Of a stretch of 64,000 nt of DNA, positions 49,560 to 59,765 are shown piece after piece (position 1 is the stretch's first letter; each line of letters opens with the position of its first letter). The notes beneath the pieces are model-generated. The model ran no database searches, had not been told where the DNA came from, and was given only the letters and a program-made list of their open reading frames with translations. Source of the stretch: a virus. The position numbers and the translations under genes are program-made. The stretch spans positions 1 to 64,000 of IMG/VR virus record IMGVR_UViG_3300006802_000073. The stretch is one strand, 5' to 3'.

Positions 49560-50548
49560 ATATGTGTACTTAAAATCCAAAAAGCATAAGCTAATAAAGC
49601 AGAACAAGGAATAGTCAATAACCATGCAATTAAAATTTCACCTGCTTTTTTCCATTTTACTTTAGGATCTGGTTGACTTGCACCTACACCTAAAATAGCA
49701 CCCGTAATAGTATGAGTTGTACTTACAGGTATACCCATTGCACTCGCACCAAATAACATCATACTTCCACCTGTTTCTGCTGCACAACCTTGTCGTGAGC
49801 TTAATTGTGTTAACTTAAATCCTAAAGTTTGCACAATTCTCCATCCCCCCGCAAGAGTTCCTAATCCCATTACAATAAAACAAATTAATACTGCCCAATA
49901 AGGAATTGTTTCTGTTGCTTGTAAATAACCACCTGCAACCATAATAAGAAAAATTATACCCGCTGTTTTTTGTGCATCATTTGCTCCATGACCCATCGAA
50001 TAGCATGCACTTGAAACTATTTGTAAACGTTTAAACCATTTATTTTGTCGATCCGTTTCAATTGGAAATATATTTCTTATAATTGTATTTAATGATGCTC
50101 CTAATACAAATCCAATAATTGGTGCTGCAACAATAAAAGAAACAATTTTTATAATATTGTTTGTATATATTACATCAATTCCTCCACTTGCAATACTTGC
50201 ACCAATCAATCCACCTATTAACGCATGGCTACTAGATGTTGGAAGTCCTAGCCACCATGTAATAAGATTCCATGTAATAGCACCCATAAGACAACCAAAT
50301 ACTACATATAATGTAACTGCTTGTGGAATTACTATACCTTTTCCTATTGTTGCAGCAACTTTAAAAGTAATAAAAAACATAATTATAAAGTTACAAAATG
50401 CTGCCATTGCAACTGCCTGTATAGGAGTCAATGTCTTAGTAGCAACAATTGTTGCTATAGAATTTGCAGCATCATGAAAACCATTTGTAAAATCAAAAAT
50501 CAATGCGATAATAATAAGACTTATTACAACCAATAATGTAGATTCCAT
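49556..50548 (-). CDS. pit: inorganic phosphate transporter (PiT/PHO4 family)
   Basis: NGFHDAANSIAT, GLPTSSSHAL.G, HGANDAQK and GIPVSTTH signatures; multiple TMs. Confidence 0.95.
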   Translation of the reverse strand: MESTLLVVISLIIIALIFDFTNGFHDAANSIATIVATKTLTPIQAVAMAAFCNFIIMFFITFKVAATIGKGIVIPQAVTLYVVFGCLMGAITWNLITWWLGLPTSSSHALIGGLIGASIASGGIDVIYTNNIIKIVSFIVAAPIIGFVLGASLNTIIRNIFPIETDRQNKWFKRLQIVSSACYSMGHGANDAQKTAGIIFLIMVAGGYLQATETIPYWAVLICFIVMGLGTLAGGWRIVQTLGFKLTQLSSRQGCAAETGGSMMLFGASAMGIPVSTTHTITGAILGVGASQPDPKVKWKKAGEILIAWLLTIPCSALLAYAFWILSTHI

Positions 50549-50553
50549 TTAAT

Positions 50554-52350
50554 TTATCCTTCACATGCTAAACAAATTTCTTCATCTTGTGCTAGAGCTT
50601 TAAGATCTAATTCTTCAATAACCTGTCTTTCAATTTGTTTTGAAACTTTATCTGCCTTTCCAATCTTTTCAGAACGACAATAATAAAGAGTTTTTAATCC
50701 TTGTTTCCATGCTTGAAAATGTACTGCATGAATATATTTCACATTAGCATTTGGACGAAAGAAGAGATTTAATGATTGAGATTGATCAATATAATCTGTT
50801 CTATCAGCAGCATGTTGGACAATCCATCGTTGATCTAACTCCATAGATGTTTTAAAGATATCTTTTTCATAATCATCTAAACAATCCAAATGTTGTACCG
50901 ATCCATCATTTGCGATAATAGATGACCAAATCTCGGTAATCTTTTCATCAGTTAAATCTTTAGATCTAAGAACTTTATCTAAAAATTTATTTTTATTTAG
51001 ATGAGCCCCTGAAAGAGTATCTTGTCTATAAGCATTTGCACGATATGGTTCGATTGAAGGACTAGTATTCCCCATAATGATAGAACTTGATGCATTTGGT
51101 GCAATTGCCATAACATGCGAAAATCTTAAGCCAGTTCCTTTAGCATCGGGTGCTTCGCCTCTTTCTTCACCCAATTCAATATTTGCTTTATCTAAACGCT
51201 TTCTAATGTGTTTAAACATCGCTTTATTTGCTGATACTGATAAAGCGGATTCCCACGGTAAACCTTTTTTCTGCAGATAGGCATGAAAACCTAATGCACC
51301 AACTCCAATACTTCTTTCACGATTAGCAGAATATTTTGCTCTCTGTATACTACGAGGTGCATTATCAATAAAGTATTGCAATACATTATCTAACATCTCA
51401 GCAATATCTTTAAGAAATAGTTTATCAGACTTCCAATCATCATAATATTCTAAATTGACTGAAGAAAGACAACATACTGCAGTTCTATCTTTATCTGTTG
51501 GAAGAATAATTTCACTACAAAGATTTGATTGCCTAATTTTCAAACCAAGTGCTTTTTGAAATCCTGGCATTTTTTCATTACTTCTATCGATAAAGTGAAG
51601 ATATGGTTCTCCAGTATGCATACGCATCTCTAAAATTCTTTGCCATAATTCTTTTGCAGATACTTTATCTCTCACTTCTCCATTATGTGGATCTTTAAGT
51701 TCCCATGTATCATCTGCAGTAGAATCTAACATACATTTTTCAATAATCTCCATAAAATCATCCGTGATATTAATACCATGATGAAGATTTAAGCAACGCA
51801 TATTTTGATCACCTGTAGATTTTCTCATCTCTACAAAAAGAAGAATATCGGGATGAGAAATATCAAGGTAAGCAGCATAGCTACCCCTACGAGTCCTGCC
51901 TTGACGATAAGCCAAGCAACTTGCATCATAAGTTTTGAGATGAGGCATAACACCAACAGACTTGTCATCAGAACTACGAATACCAATACCAATTCCAATT
52001 CCACCTCCTAACATAGATAACCAATTCACTTCAGAGAGACATTCTACTAATCCATCTGCACTATCATGCAAATAAGGTAAAAAACATGAAATAGGTAGAC
52101 CTCGTTTCGTTCTACCAAAAGCTAAAATCGGTGTACTATAACTAAGCCAATGTTTACTTGAATATTCATAAAGCCTTTGTGCGTGTTCTTCATTTGATCC
52201 AAATTTAGATGATACAAAAGCAAATCTTTCCTGTGGCGATTCTTCATCATCACGCATATAACTTTCTTTAAGTCTCTTAATACCTAACTCATCAAATAAC
52301 TTATCTCTAGTATAATCTACTTTGATACCGTGAACAATATCTGTTTGCAT
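50554..52350 (-). CDS. nrdA: ribonucleotide reductase class Ia alpha subunit (no ATP cone)
   Basis: ISCF, QSNLCSEI, VCCLSS, APNASSS, KTLYYCR, C-terminal CLACEG. Confidence 0.95.
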   Translation of the reverse strand: MQTDIVHGIKVDYTRDKLFDELGIKRLKESYMRDDEESPQERFAFVSSKFGSNEEHAQRLYEYSSKHWLSYSTPILAFGRTKRGLPISCFLPYLHDSADGLVECLSEVNWLSMLGGGIGIGIGIRSSDDKSVGVMPHLKTYDASCLAYRQGRTRRGSYAAYLDISHPDILLFVEMRKSTGDQNMRCLNLHHGINITDDFMEIIEKCMLDSTADDTWELKDPHNGEVRDKVSAKELWQRILEMRMHTGEPYLHFIDRSNEKMPGFQKALGLKIRQSNLCSEIILPTDKDRTAVCCLSSVNLEYYDDWKSDKLFLKDIAEMLDNVLQYFIDNAPRSIQRAKYSANRERSIGVGALGFHAYLQKKGLPWESALSVSANKAMFKHIRKRLDKANIELGEERGEAPDAKGTGLRFSHVMAIAPNASSSIIMGNTSPSIEPYRANAYRQDTLSGAHLNKNKFLDKVLRSKDLTDEKITEIWSSIIANDGSVQHLDCLDDYEKDIFKTSMELDQRWIVQHAADRTDYIDQSQSLNLFFRPNANVKYIHAVHFQAWKQGLKTLYYCRSEKIGKADKVSKQIERQVIEELDLKALAQDEEICLACEG

Positions 52351-52359
52351 GTAACTTCC

Positions 52360-53361
52360 CTATTTAAAAATTTTTTCTTCTATTTGAAGAATTTTGTTAT
52401 CTAACATAGCATTTCTGTTTTGTTCACAAAGATTAGCCCATTCTATTTTTAATAAATCACTTAGAACTTTATCATTGTAATTTTTTGTGTTTTGCATTAA
52501 AGATAGAAATCTACCTTTTAGATTACAAAATTCGTTAACTAAAAATTCAGAATATTCACCTATCTGTTTCTTAATATCATCTCTAGACGGTTTTAATCCT
52601 TCATAAGTATAATATTCTGTACCATAGATAGAATGAAATAATCCCGCAATATAAACATCTCGCTCAAATTTATTTTTCTCTAAAATAATTGCTGTATTAT
52701 ATAAGTGTTCAAAGAAAGTTTTACTACTATGATTAAATTTTTGTGTCAGATTTTGTACATATGCTACTTGTGGATCTATATAATCTTTTGATATTGTTTT
52801 AAACACTAAAACAGATCTTAGAACAGGACAAGCTCTTGTAACTGGTCGAGCAGAATGTAATCTATTTGAATCAAAAATTAATACTCTACCTAATTTTGGT
52901 AATATCGATGCTACGATATCAGTAGCAGCTTCATTTAAGATAACAGTTTCTCCACCCCAATCATAATGCCATTCAGGATTAATATAAACTATTATAGTCT
53001 CAGATCTTGTATTATCACCATATTTTTCAGCAATCCAATTATCATCAGTATGAAAATAAGCATCTGTACCATATGTATAACCATTAATATAACATCTCAA
53101 CAAAGCTCTTTCTTCTATATTAGGTAAAATACTTTGCCATATAGAATCAATTAATGGGTTCTTTTTTATATATGGAGAACATGTGAAATCTAATACTAGA
53201 TTCTTATTTGATTTTAATATCTGCTTGTTCCAATGTCCATAGTCATAACTTTTACCGTTAGAAGATTTCCATCCATATTTTAAACCAGTGTTGACATAAG
53301 TTTTTACAACTTGCTCTAGAAGTTTTTCAGCTTTTATCAATTCTATTATTTTTATAGACAT
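52360..53361 (-). CDS. 2OG-Fe(II) oxygenase fused to an HD-like (DUF6817-type) domain
   Basis: HTD, WGGET, H.A....R motifs; HS.KTF.EHL and AGLFHSIYGT. Confidence 0.75.
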   Translation of the reverse strand: MSIKIIELIKAEKLLEQVVKTYVNTGLKYGWKSSNGKSYDYGHWNKQILKSNKNLVLDFTCSPYIKKNPLIDSIWQSILPNIEERALLRCYINGYTYGTDAYFHTDDNWIAEKYGDNTRSETIIVYINPEWHYDWGGETVILNEAATDIVASILPKLGRVLIFDSNRLHSARPVTRACPVLRSVLVFKTISKDYIDPQVAYVQNLTQKFNHSSKTFFEHLYNTAIILEKNKFERDVYIAGLFHSIYGTEYYTYEGLKPSRDDIKKQIGEYSEFLVNEFCNLKGRFLSLMQNTKNYNDKVLSDLLKIEWANLCEQNRNAMLDNKILQIEEKIFK

Positions 53362-53365
53362 TTTA

Positions 53366-53743
53366 TTATTTTAGTTTAAGAACTGCTTTAATATTTGGAG
53401 GAGAATATGTATCTGGTTTAAGAATTTTACCATCCTCACGTTTAAGAATTTTACCTGATGAACTAACTTTTGAAAGATTAGATCTTGCAACTTCCTTCCA
53501 TACTTGTTGTAGAGGAATACCTAAAGAATGACAAAGACCTTCAATAACCCAAATTAAATCAGCACAGGCATCTGCTGTCTCTACAATATCAAAATCTTTC
53601 ACTGCCTTTACTAATTCATAATATTCTTCTTTAACTAGATCCATATAAAGTAATGATTGATGTGTAAAAGCTCCATCTATTTCTCTCTTTACTTGATGAT
53701 CTGCTGCCTCCATAAAAATTTTTACATCATTAAATGTATTCAT
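53366..53743 (-). CDS. MazG-like nucleotide pyrophosphohydrolase
   Basis: EEYYEL, E.ADACADL, EV.RSN.SK, REDGKILKP. Confidence 0.85.
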   Translation of the reverse strand: MNTFNDVKIFMEAADHQVKREIDGAFTHQSLLYMDLVKEEYYELVKAVKDFDIVETADACADLIWVIEGLCHSLGIPLQQVWKEVARSNLSKVSSSGKILKREDGKILKPDTYSPPNIKAVLKLK

Positions 53744-54423
53744 GCAAACTCCTTAATAATTGGAAATACTTTTGAAAGAACTTTTGCACATTCAACCGCG
53801 ATCTCTCTATGCTCTTTTTGTGTACCATTGCCAGATCGAAGCTCAATATAATGAATCCATGAGCGTAAAGTTCCATTCATATATAGTTTTGATTCAATCA
53901 ATCCTTCTGGTAAAACTGCTCTTGCTTGTTCTTTAGCAATACCTTTAGAAATAGCTCTTTTATATGCTTCTTTTGCTGCCTCTAATACTCTATATTGTTG
54001 ATATTCCCATTCCCTCTGTAAGTATTCATTCTGAACTTCTATACTATTTTGTCTATTTTTTGTATCTTGTAGACGTGGATCTCTAAGTACAAATGAAAGT
54101 TCTTTAACTGGATCGGCATATCGTTGACTAAATTCTTGAAATGAAAAACTTCTATGTCTAAGAATTTGTCTAGCAATATCTCTTGTCGTTGTAATCTCTA
54201 AACAAGCGGAGACAAGTTCAAATGGACTCCAATGTTTGTTTTTGACCAAATATTTAAGTAGTTTATCAGATGTCTCTGTATTATGTTGATTTTGTGGATT
54301 GGATACACGGGCACAAAAAGCAACTAAGTCTTGTGGTGATTTAATAAATTGTAAAAAGGTGTTATCTTCATGTGTTTCTGGATCTAAATTTGGTTGTGAA
54401 TAAGAAATAAGTCTAACTTGCAT
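53740..54423 (-). CDS. thyX: flavin-dependent thymidylate synthase
   Basis: HWSPFE, RQILRHRSFSFQEFSQRY, EQARAVLP, TQKEH. Confidence 0.95.
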   Translation of the reverse strand: MQVRLISYSQPNLDPETHEDNTFLQFIKSPQDLVAFCARVSNPQNQHNTETSDKLLKYLVKNKHWSPFELVSACLEITTTRDIARQILRHRSFSFQEFSQRYADPVKELSFVLRDPRLQDTKNRQNSIEVQNEYLQREWEYQQYRVLEAAKEAYKRAISKGIAKEQARAVLPEGLIESKLYMNGTLRSWIHYIELRSGNGTQKEHREIAVECAKVLSKVFPIIKEFA

Positions 54424-54775
54424 TTTTAATAAACTCCTCAATTGTCATTCCAGTATTTGGTATTACTTGTACTGCTCGGTCATCCCACAATTCTACCATT
54501 CCATAATCTTTAATATTTGTAATAGGTAATACTTTGCCTAAATGGTTTAAACACCATTCTTCAATTTTTTTTCTAATAGGTTCTATAGAACGTTGTACAC
54601 CTTGTGTATTAATTTCACTTACTCTAGCAGTAAAGATTCTAACATCTTTACCTTCCTTTAACCATTTAATTACTTTCTCTTGCATTGGCTTAATAGGTTG
54701 TCCAATATCTCCATTTTTCCATCCATTATAATATGCAAGAGTTCCATCTAAATCTACACCAATCCACGAGTTCAT
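54413..54775 (-). CDS. HAD-superfamily phosphatase
   Basis: DLDGT, FTAR, K and WDD motifs. Confidence 0.8.
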   Translation of the reverse strand: MNSWIGVDLDGTLAYYNGWKNGDIGQPIKPMQEKVIKWLKEGKDVRIFTARVSEINTQGVQRSIEPIRKKIEEWCLNHLGKVLPITNIKDYGMVELWDDRAVQVIPNTGMTIEEFIKNAS

Positions 54776-54778
54776 ATA

Positions 54779-55810
54779 TTAACACCTTTTCCAAACAATA
54801 AAATTAGCTCTAGCTTCTAATCCTCTAAAAGTTCTTTCTTTAATCATCTTAAGAATAGATGCAGATGATTTACCTGACAATACCATTTCATTGATATCTT
54901 TTTCTTTTAAAGTTTGATTCCAAATAACTACATTATAATTTTTTTCGATAAGTTTTTCAATAACCTTGCAAACATCTTTATTTCTAGGTTGATTATCCAC
55001 AATGATCGTCATATTATCTTTAGAAATATTTAATGAATCTAATTTATTAAATGATGTTCCAGTTACTGCAATTGCATTAGGTAAAAATAAACTATCAATA
55101 GGACCTTCTGTAACGTATATATGTTTGTTAGAATTAACAGATTCTAAACCAAATATCATTGGAATATCATCTTTTATATCAATAGTTAGATAACGAAGTT
55201 TTTCATTACCCAATGCTCTACATGTAACACCAATTAATTGTAATTTATCATCAAAGAAAGGTAAAACTATTCTAGGTTCATTAGATGTTATCTTATCTTT
55301 TACTTTATCTGATAATTGTTCAATCTTCTTTATATCATCAATAAAATAAAGTCTTTTGTATTGATGTTCTGGAATCATTCGTTTTTTACAAAACTTTACT
55401 GCAATATGATCCTCAGATAAAGTATCGATTCTATCAAGAATAGAATCTAATGAAGTATCAGGTTTTTTTTCAGTTATTTTAGATTCTGTAAAGACTAATT
55501 TAGGTTCTTTTTTATGTGGTTTATTTGCAGCTACACCATCTGCATAACGCTCAAAGGAATATTGTGAATATAATGAACCATCAATCATCTTTAAAAAAGT
55601 ACCAAAGTGTACTGAAATTGCACAATTATGGCATTTCATAAACATATCATTTTTAACTTTATAGAAATAACCTCTAGTTTTTGTTTTCTTTTTAGAGGAA
55701 TCTCCGCAGATAGGGCATCTAAAGTTAAATAGATAATCGTTTTTACGTTTAAAGAATTCTAAACGTGTACTAACAAAGTTTATATATTTTAGATCAATGT
55801 ATAGAGACAT
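54779..55810 (-). CDS. gp61: DNA primase
   Basis: CPICGDS..CHNC zinc finger, EGPIDS, DNQPRN, KDINEM. Confidence 0.92.
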   Translation of the reverse strand: MSLYIDLKYINFVSTRLEFFKRKNDYLFNFRCPICGDSSKKKTKTRGYFYKVKNDMFMKCHNCAISVHFGTFLKMIDGSLYSQYSFERYADGVAANKPHKKEPKLVFTESKITEKKPDTSLDSILDRIDTLSEDHIAVKFCKKRMIPEHQYKRLYFIDDIKKIEQLSDKVKDKITSNEPRIVLPFFDDKLQLIGVTCRALGNEKLRYLTIDIKDDIPMIFGLESVNSNKHIYVTEGPIDSLFLPNAIAVTGTSFNKLDSLNISKDNMTIIVDNQPRNKDVCKVIEKLIEKNYNVVIWNQTLKEKDINEMVLSGKSSASILKMIKERTFRGLEARANFIVWKRC

Positions 55811-55852
55811 GGTTTACTCCTTTTAAACCATGTTAACATATTATAGTAAATT

Positions 55853-56422
55853 TTACAATGAATTTCTTTGTAGAAGTTTTTTTCTACGAAACAATCTAGA
55901 TTTACGTGTTAGTTTGTTTAGAGGGGGGACAGCAATATCATCAGAAGTTCTACCTATACCTGCAATACCAGGAGTAACGGTAGCTGTATTTGCTGGAGCA
56001 CCGCCATCTTCTTCATAAAATAAATGAAAAGGTATTATTTTCTTTCCTGTAAAAAATTCTTCAACGATTGTTGTGTCGTGTTCTAGAGTAAGAGTTTCTA
56101 AAAAGATTGATTCTAAATTTAAAGGTTCTTTTTCAGTTTGTATACATTCTCTAACTAATGCATAGGCAGCTGCATAGGAAGCAAATTTTTTATTTTCTGT
56201 TGGTAATTTTTCAATTATTCGTTTTAACCTAAATACTATTCTATGTAAGAATGTATAAGCATCTTTTTCTTCGGATGTTTTTAGTTGAGAAGATTTTTTT
56301 AAAATTTTACCTTTTTCATCTATAATACCCAATTTATATGCAGTTGTTTCATTAAAAGGAGTTACGAGCATACGTAAAATTCTATATGCAACAATATTAT
56401 CTGCAAATCTTGAAGTTGGCAT
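55853..56422 (-). CDS. conserved T4-like hypothetical protein
   Basis: YRILRMLVTPF..T.AYKLGIID.KG motif. Confidence 0.65.
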   Translation of the reverse strand: MPTSRFADNIVAYRILRMLVTPFNETTAYKLGIIDEKGKILKKSSQLKTSEEKDAYTFLHRIVFRLKRIIEKLPTENKKFASYAAAYALVRECIQTEKEPLNLESIFLETLTLEHDTTIVEEFFTGKKIIPFHLFYEEDGGAPANTATVTPGIAGIGRTSDDIAVPPLNKLTRKSRLFRRKKLLQRNSL

Positions 56423-56808
56423 TATAGAGTCCTTAATATTTTTGCTATATTATAATCTATGGGTATATCTGTATCTTTTATATCATTATAAAGAAATACA
56501 TTTGAAGGCATCATGTTAAGATAAACAAGAAATGTTTTAAGATATGACCAATATTTTTGATCTATTTTAAAAAATAACATTTTAACTGTTGCTTCTGCTC
56601 CAAAAAGATTATAAAGAACGATTATATGGTTTAATATTAATCGTTCTTTAAGATCATTTGCTGTACTATATCTATTAAATAATCTTTTTAGATATTTTAT
56701 TCTTTTTAAATCATCATAAAATTCATGTATGCTTTTAAATGAAGAAGCATCATAACATTTTATAGCGTATAATAAGAAATTATCATTAGTTAAGTCGAAT
56801 ACCATCAA
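56422..56808 (-). CDS. conserved T4-like hypothetical protein
   Basis: EFYDDLKRIKYLKRL...LKERLILNHII.LYN.FG. Confidence 0.65.
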   Translation of the reverse strand: MMVFDLTNDNFLLYAIKCYDASSFKSIHEFYDDLKRIKYLKRLFNRYSTANDLKERLILNHIIVLYNLFGAEATVKMLFFKIDQKYWSYLKTFLVYLNMMPSNVFLYNDIKDTDIPIDYNIAKILRTL

Positions 56809-57087
56809 TTACCATTCTGTTATACTAGCTCTCTTCCAAATATTGGCAGTTCCATTAGAATATGTTGCTGTACAGACATAGAAATATGTGCTATCAAAAG
56901 CAATCATACCAACCACATCACCTACAACACCTTTAGCATTTGCTGGTGCACTACTTATTTGTGTTAAACTTGCAATTAGATTGCCACCAGTAATACGTTT
57001 GCTGGCGTTAGACTGAACTATATAAAATAGATCAGTCTCGCCAACAGTTGTAGTCGATGTTAATTCAGATAATTTAGAATCAGCCAT
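56809..57087 (-). CDS. small virion/fibre-like protein
   Basis: MADSKLSELT start and G..G.IAFD..Y.YVC...WKR motif. Confidence 0.6.
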   Translation of the reverse strand: MADSKLSELTSTTTVGETDLFYIVQSNASKRITGGNLIASLTQISSAPANAKGVVGDVVGMIAFDSTYFYVCTATYSNGTANIWKRASITEW

Positions 57088-57635
57088 TATGAGTTAGGAA
57101 TTACTGTATCATCATTAGCATCTGTTTCAAGAGAACCTGTTGAAACATTACGATTAAAGTATTTAGATGCAGCTACAAGAACTTCTGTCTTAACTCGTGT
57201 TTGACCATATCCATCAACATATGTTGTATGATATGTCCAACCGGGTTGACTAAAGCCATTTGCTTTATTTGCTGTAACACCGACTTCAACATAATCGACT
57301 CCATATACATTTTGAATTGTATACATGCCGGAATCAGAGGTTGAACCTGTGTTATTAATTGCTTTAGGACCTTGTTGAACATTTGCTTTTACATTAGATG
57401 TAGAGCCTTCATAAACTCTATCTAGAGTTAAAGAAGTATCTGAATCAACAGTTAAAACATAATACTTAACATTAGAGTTACTTGTTACAGCACCGGCAAC
57501 AAAATAATCGCCAGGGTCTACTTCACTTAAGAAGATTGTAGTATTTCCTAAGGAATTTGAAACTGTAGCGCTGCCATTAGTAACTATAACATTAGCTGTT
57601 ATTTGTTTACTATCTAGTTTACCCCATCCTGACAT
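57087..57635 (-). CDS. virion structural protein
   Basis: MSGWG..D, YGVD..E, PGW...RVKTEVLVA. Confidence 0.6.
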   Translation of the reverse strand: MSGWGKLDSKQITANVIVTNGSATVSNSLGNTTIFLSEVDPGDYFVAGAVTSNSNVKYYVLTVDSDTSLTLDRVYEGSTSNVKANVQQGPKAINNTGSTSDSGMYTIQNVYGVDYVEVGVTANKANGFSQPGWTYHTTYVDGYGQTRVKTEVLVAASKYFNRNVSTGSLETDANDDTVIPNS

Positions 57636-57648
57636 TTATTTTCTCCTA

Positions 57649-58431
57649 TTAATCTTCGTCGGTTGAGTCAGGTTTAACGGTCTGACCAATATTTTCAACT
57701 CTTCTAATGTTACCATGATGCAAATAGCGGCGCTTCATACCATTTTTATCAGTCATTACATAACTGACATGCGGCTTTCCATTTACAATTTTAGTTTTGA
57801 GATCTGTTACATCTTTTCTATTAGCTAATTTACCAATTTCTTCCCATGATAATGCTTCAATAACTAAATCTTCTACTCTATTTTCATATGCAACTTCTAT
57901 TGTCTCTAAAGCAAGATGTAATTGCTCTTCTGATAATTCAGAAAATGAAGTTACTCCTTCAAGTGTTAGATATGCTTTTACATAATCAGAATATTCTAAC
58001 TTTTTTGGTAAAGTAACTTCAAACGAATCTTCTTTAATAATAGTTTCTTCAATAACACCTTCCGTCACATCTTTCACGGTATGACCTGCTCTTTCTGCTG
58101 CTCTTAATATAGCACTACGATCAGCATAACTACTCCGCTTGCTGTCAATTTTGTATGTACCTTTCTTTAACCACGGCAAATATTTACGACGGTGTTCTGG
58201 TTCAATATGTTTTAATACCTCGTCTGCATCTGGATGAATATCGCCTTTTAGTTCTTCTTTGACAGTCGCTACGGTCTTACCTTTACGTAGCATCTCAAAG
58301 TCTTTTGCTGTTAACTCATCTTTTTCAGGTTCGTGGATGTCAAGTTTTTGTTGATTTGGATGAAGTGGTTTCTTTGCTTCATCCAGTTTACCATTAAGTA
58401 TATCTGCTGCTGTTTCTACTAGAGTACGCAT
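57649..58431 (-). CDS. probable internal head protein
   Basis: Modular and charged; HPNQQKLD..DFEMLR; hydrophobic-x-E protease-like sites. Confidence 0.5.
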   Translation of the reverse strand: MRTLVETAADILNGKLDEAKKPLHPNQQKLDIHEPEKDELTAKDFEMLRKGKTVATVKEELKGDIHPDADEVLKHIEPEHRRKYLPWLKKGTYKIDSKRSSYADRSAILRAAERAGHTVKDVTEGVIEETIIKEDSFEVTLPKKLEYSDYVKAYLTLEGVTSFSELSEEQLHLALETIEVAYENRVEDLVIEALSWEEIGKLANRKDVTDLKTKIVNGKPHVSYVMTDKNGMKRRYLHHGNIRRVENIGQTVKPDSTDED

Positions 58432-58441
58432 ATTTTTCCTC

Positions 58442-58840
58442 TTAATCTAATTTACTAACAGGTGTTGATGACCAGTAACGACAGCTCCAGTAGTTCGCTT
58501 TCCAGCGGGGACCCGGATTATCGCAATTATGTCTTGCTCTATAATTTTTACGACGCTCAGGACTATCACGCTTAATTTCCATATTTGGATCACCAAAATT
58601 AACTTTTACAACATTTCCCTTATCATTTTTTACATAAACAGCACGTTTCTTAGGTCCAGATGGTGTTAAAAAAGGCTTGCCTAATTTTACTTTTTTACCC
58701 TGCACTTCAGCTTCTTCAACTAAATCATCACCCCAAGTTTCATATTCTATATCATCACAAATAATAAAACTTTCCTCCACAGAATCTACATCAGATTCTG
58801 CAATATAGAAGTCATTTTTAAAGGTTTTAAAAGTTTTCAT
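58442..58840 (-). CDS. conserved head-associated protein (DUF6321-like)
   Basis: KVKLGKP..GPKK.AVYV..VKVNFGD..RR..YRARHNC..YWSC. Confidence 0.65.
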   Translation of the reverse strand: MKTFKTFKNDFYIAESDVDSVEESFIICDDIEYETWGDDLVEEAEVQGKKVKLGKPFLTPSGPKKRAVYVKNDKGNVVKVNFGDPNMEIKRDSPERRKNYRARHNCDNPGPRWKANYWSCRYWSSTPVSKLD

Positions 58841-58871
58841 CCTGTTTATCTATTTATTGATTTATTATTTA

Positions 58872-59711
58872 TCATCTCTTTGATTTTAAGCGTTTACTTT
58901 CAAGAGAACGAATCTTTGGTATCAATCTTTGTGCAAGTATAGTACGTATATTTTTCATAGCTTTTATACGTGCTTCTAACGAATCTTTTTCTTGTGCTGA
59001 TAATTGCGCTTTATTTCTTCCATAAAGAAATCGTTTCATTAACAATCTTCTTGCAGCAACTTTAGCTCTATTCTGTAATTGCGACATAGTGGAAGGTCTA
59101 CTTAATTTTATAGAGGCTCCCAATTGTCTCTTTGGTGTTGTTCTTTTAAAATGCATTCTTTTACGTAATCTAGAAGCAGCAGAAATTTTTTCGTCTAAAA
59201 TCTCTTCTTCTAATTGCTCTTCTTCATAAGTATCGGAAATATCATCCCATTCTAAATCATCAATTATATCATCAATATCAAGTTCTTCTTCTTCTTTAAC
59301 CGGAACACAATTTGGAACAGTTTTACCATTCTTTTTCTTTACACCTACAGGTTTATATCCATTCCAACATGGATTATCTTCAGGATCTTTTAATCCCTCA
59401 TCTACACTACCATCAGGAAAAGAAGCAGGAATATGTGTATAGGGTTCATCAAAAAAGAAAGAATCTCCATGATATGGTAAAAATTTAGCCATATCAGATA
59501 TTATAGATTCTATATAAGCATTATGATTCTGTAAATCTTTAAGATGTTTTAATGCCTCCATGGCAATAGATAATTTTACAGTAAAATCATGGACTTGTTG
59601 TTGAGTAATAATCTTTGTACGCAAAGCGTCTTTATACATACCTAAATATGCATCTGTAGCTATAATAGCACGTTTTAAAATCTCAGCTTGTATTTCTTTT
59701 TCGTTGTTCAT
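58872..59711 (-). CDS. modular head-associated protein
   Basis: PCW.GYK.VG.KKK.GK.VPNCVP module, acidic linker, basic C-terminal domain. Confidence 0.55.
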   Translation of the reverse strand: MNNEKEIQAEILKRAIIATDAYLGMYKDALRTKIITQQQVHDFTVKLSIAMEALKHLKDLQNHNAYIESIISDMAKFLPYHGDSFFFDEPYTHIPASFPDGSVDEGLKDPEDNPCWNGYKPVGVKKKNGKTVPNCVPVKEEEELDIDDIIDDLEWDDISDTYEEEQLEEEILDEKISAASRLRKRMHFKRTTPKRQLGASIKLSRPSTMSQLQNRAKVAARRLLMKRFLYGRNKAQLSAQEKDSLEARIKAMKNIRTILAQRLIPKIRSLESKRLKSKR

Positions 59712-59765
59712 TTAAAACTAGCCCCTAGAAACTAACAGTAGTTTTCATGTATGATTGTTGTAATA

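Noticed and set aside
47612-52350. Introns or inteins in nrdA/nrdB
   Set aside because: Both frames are continuous and of ordinary length, with no splicing motifs seen.
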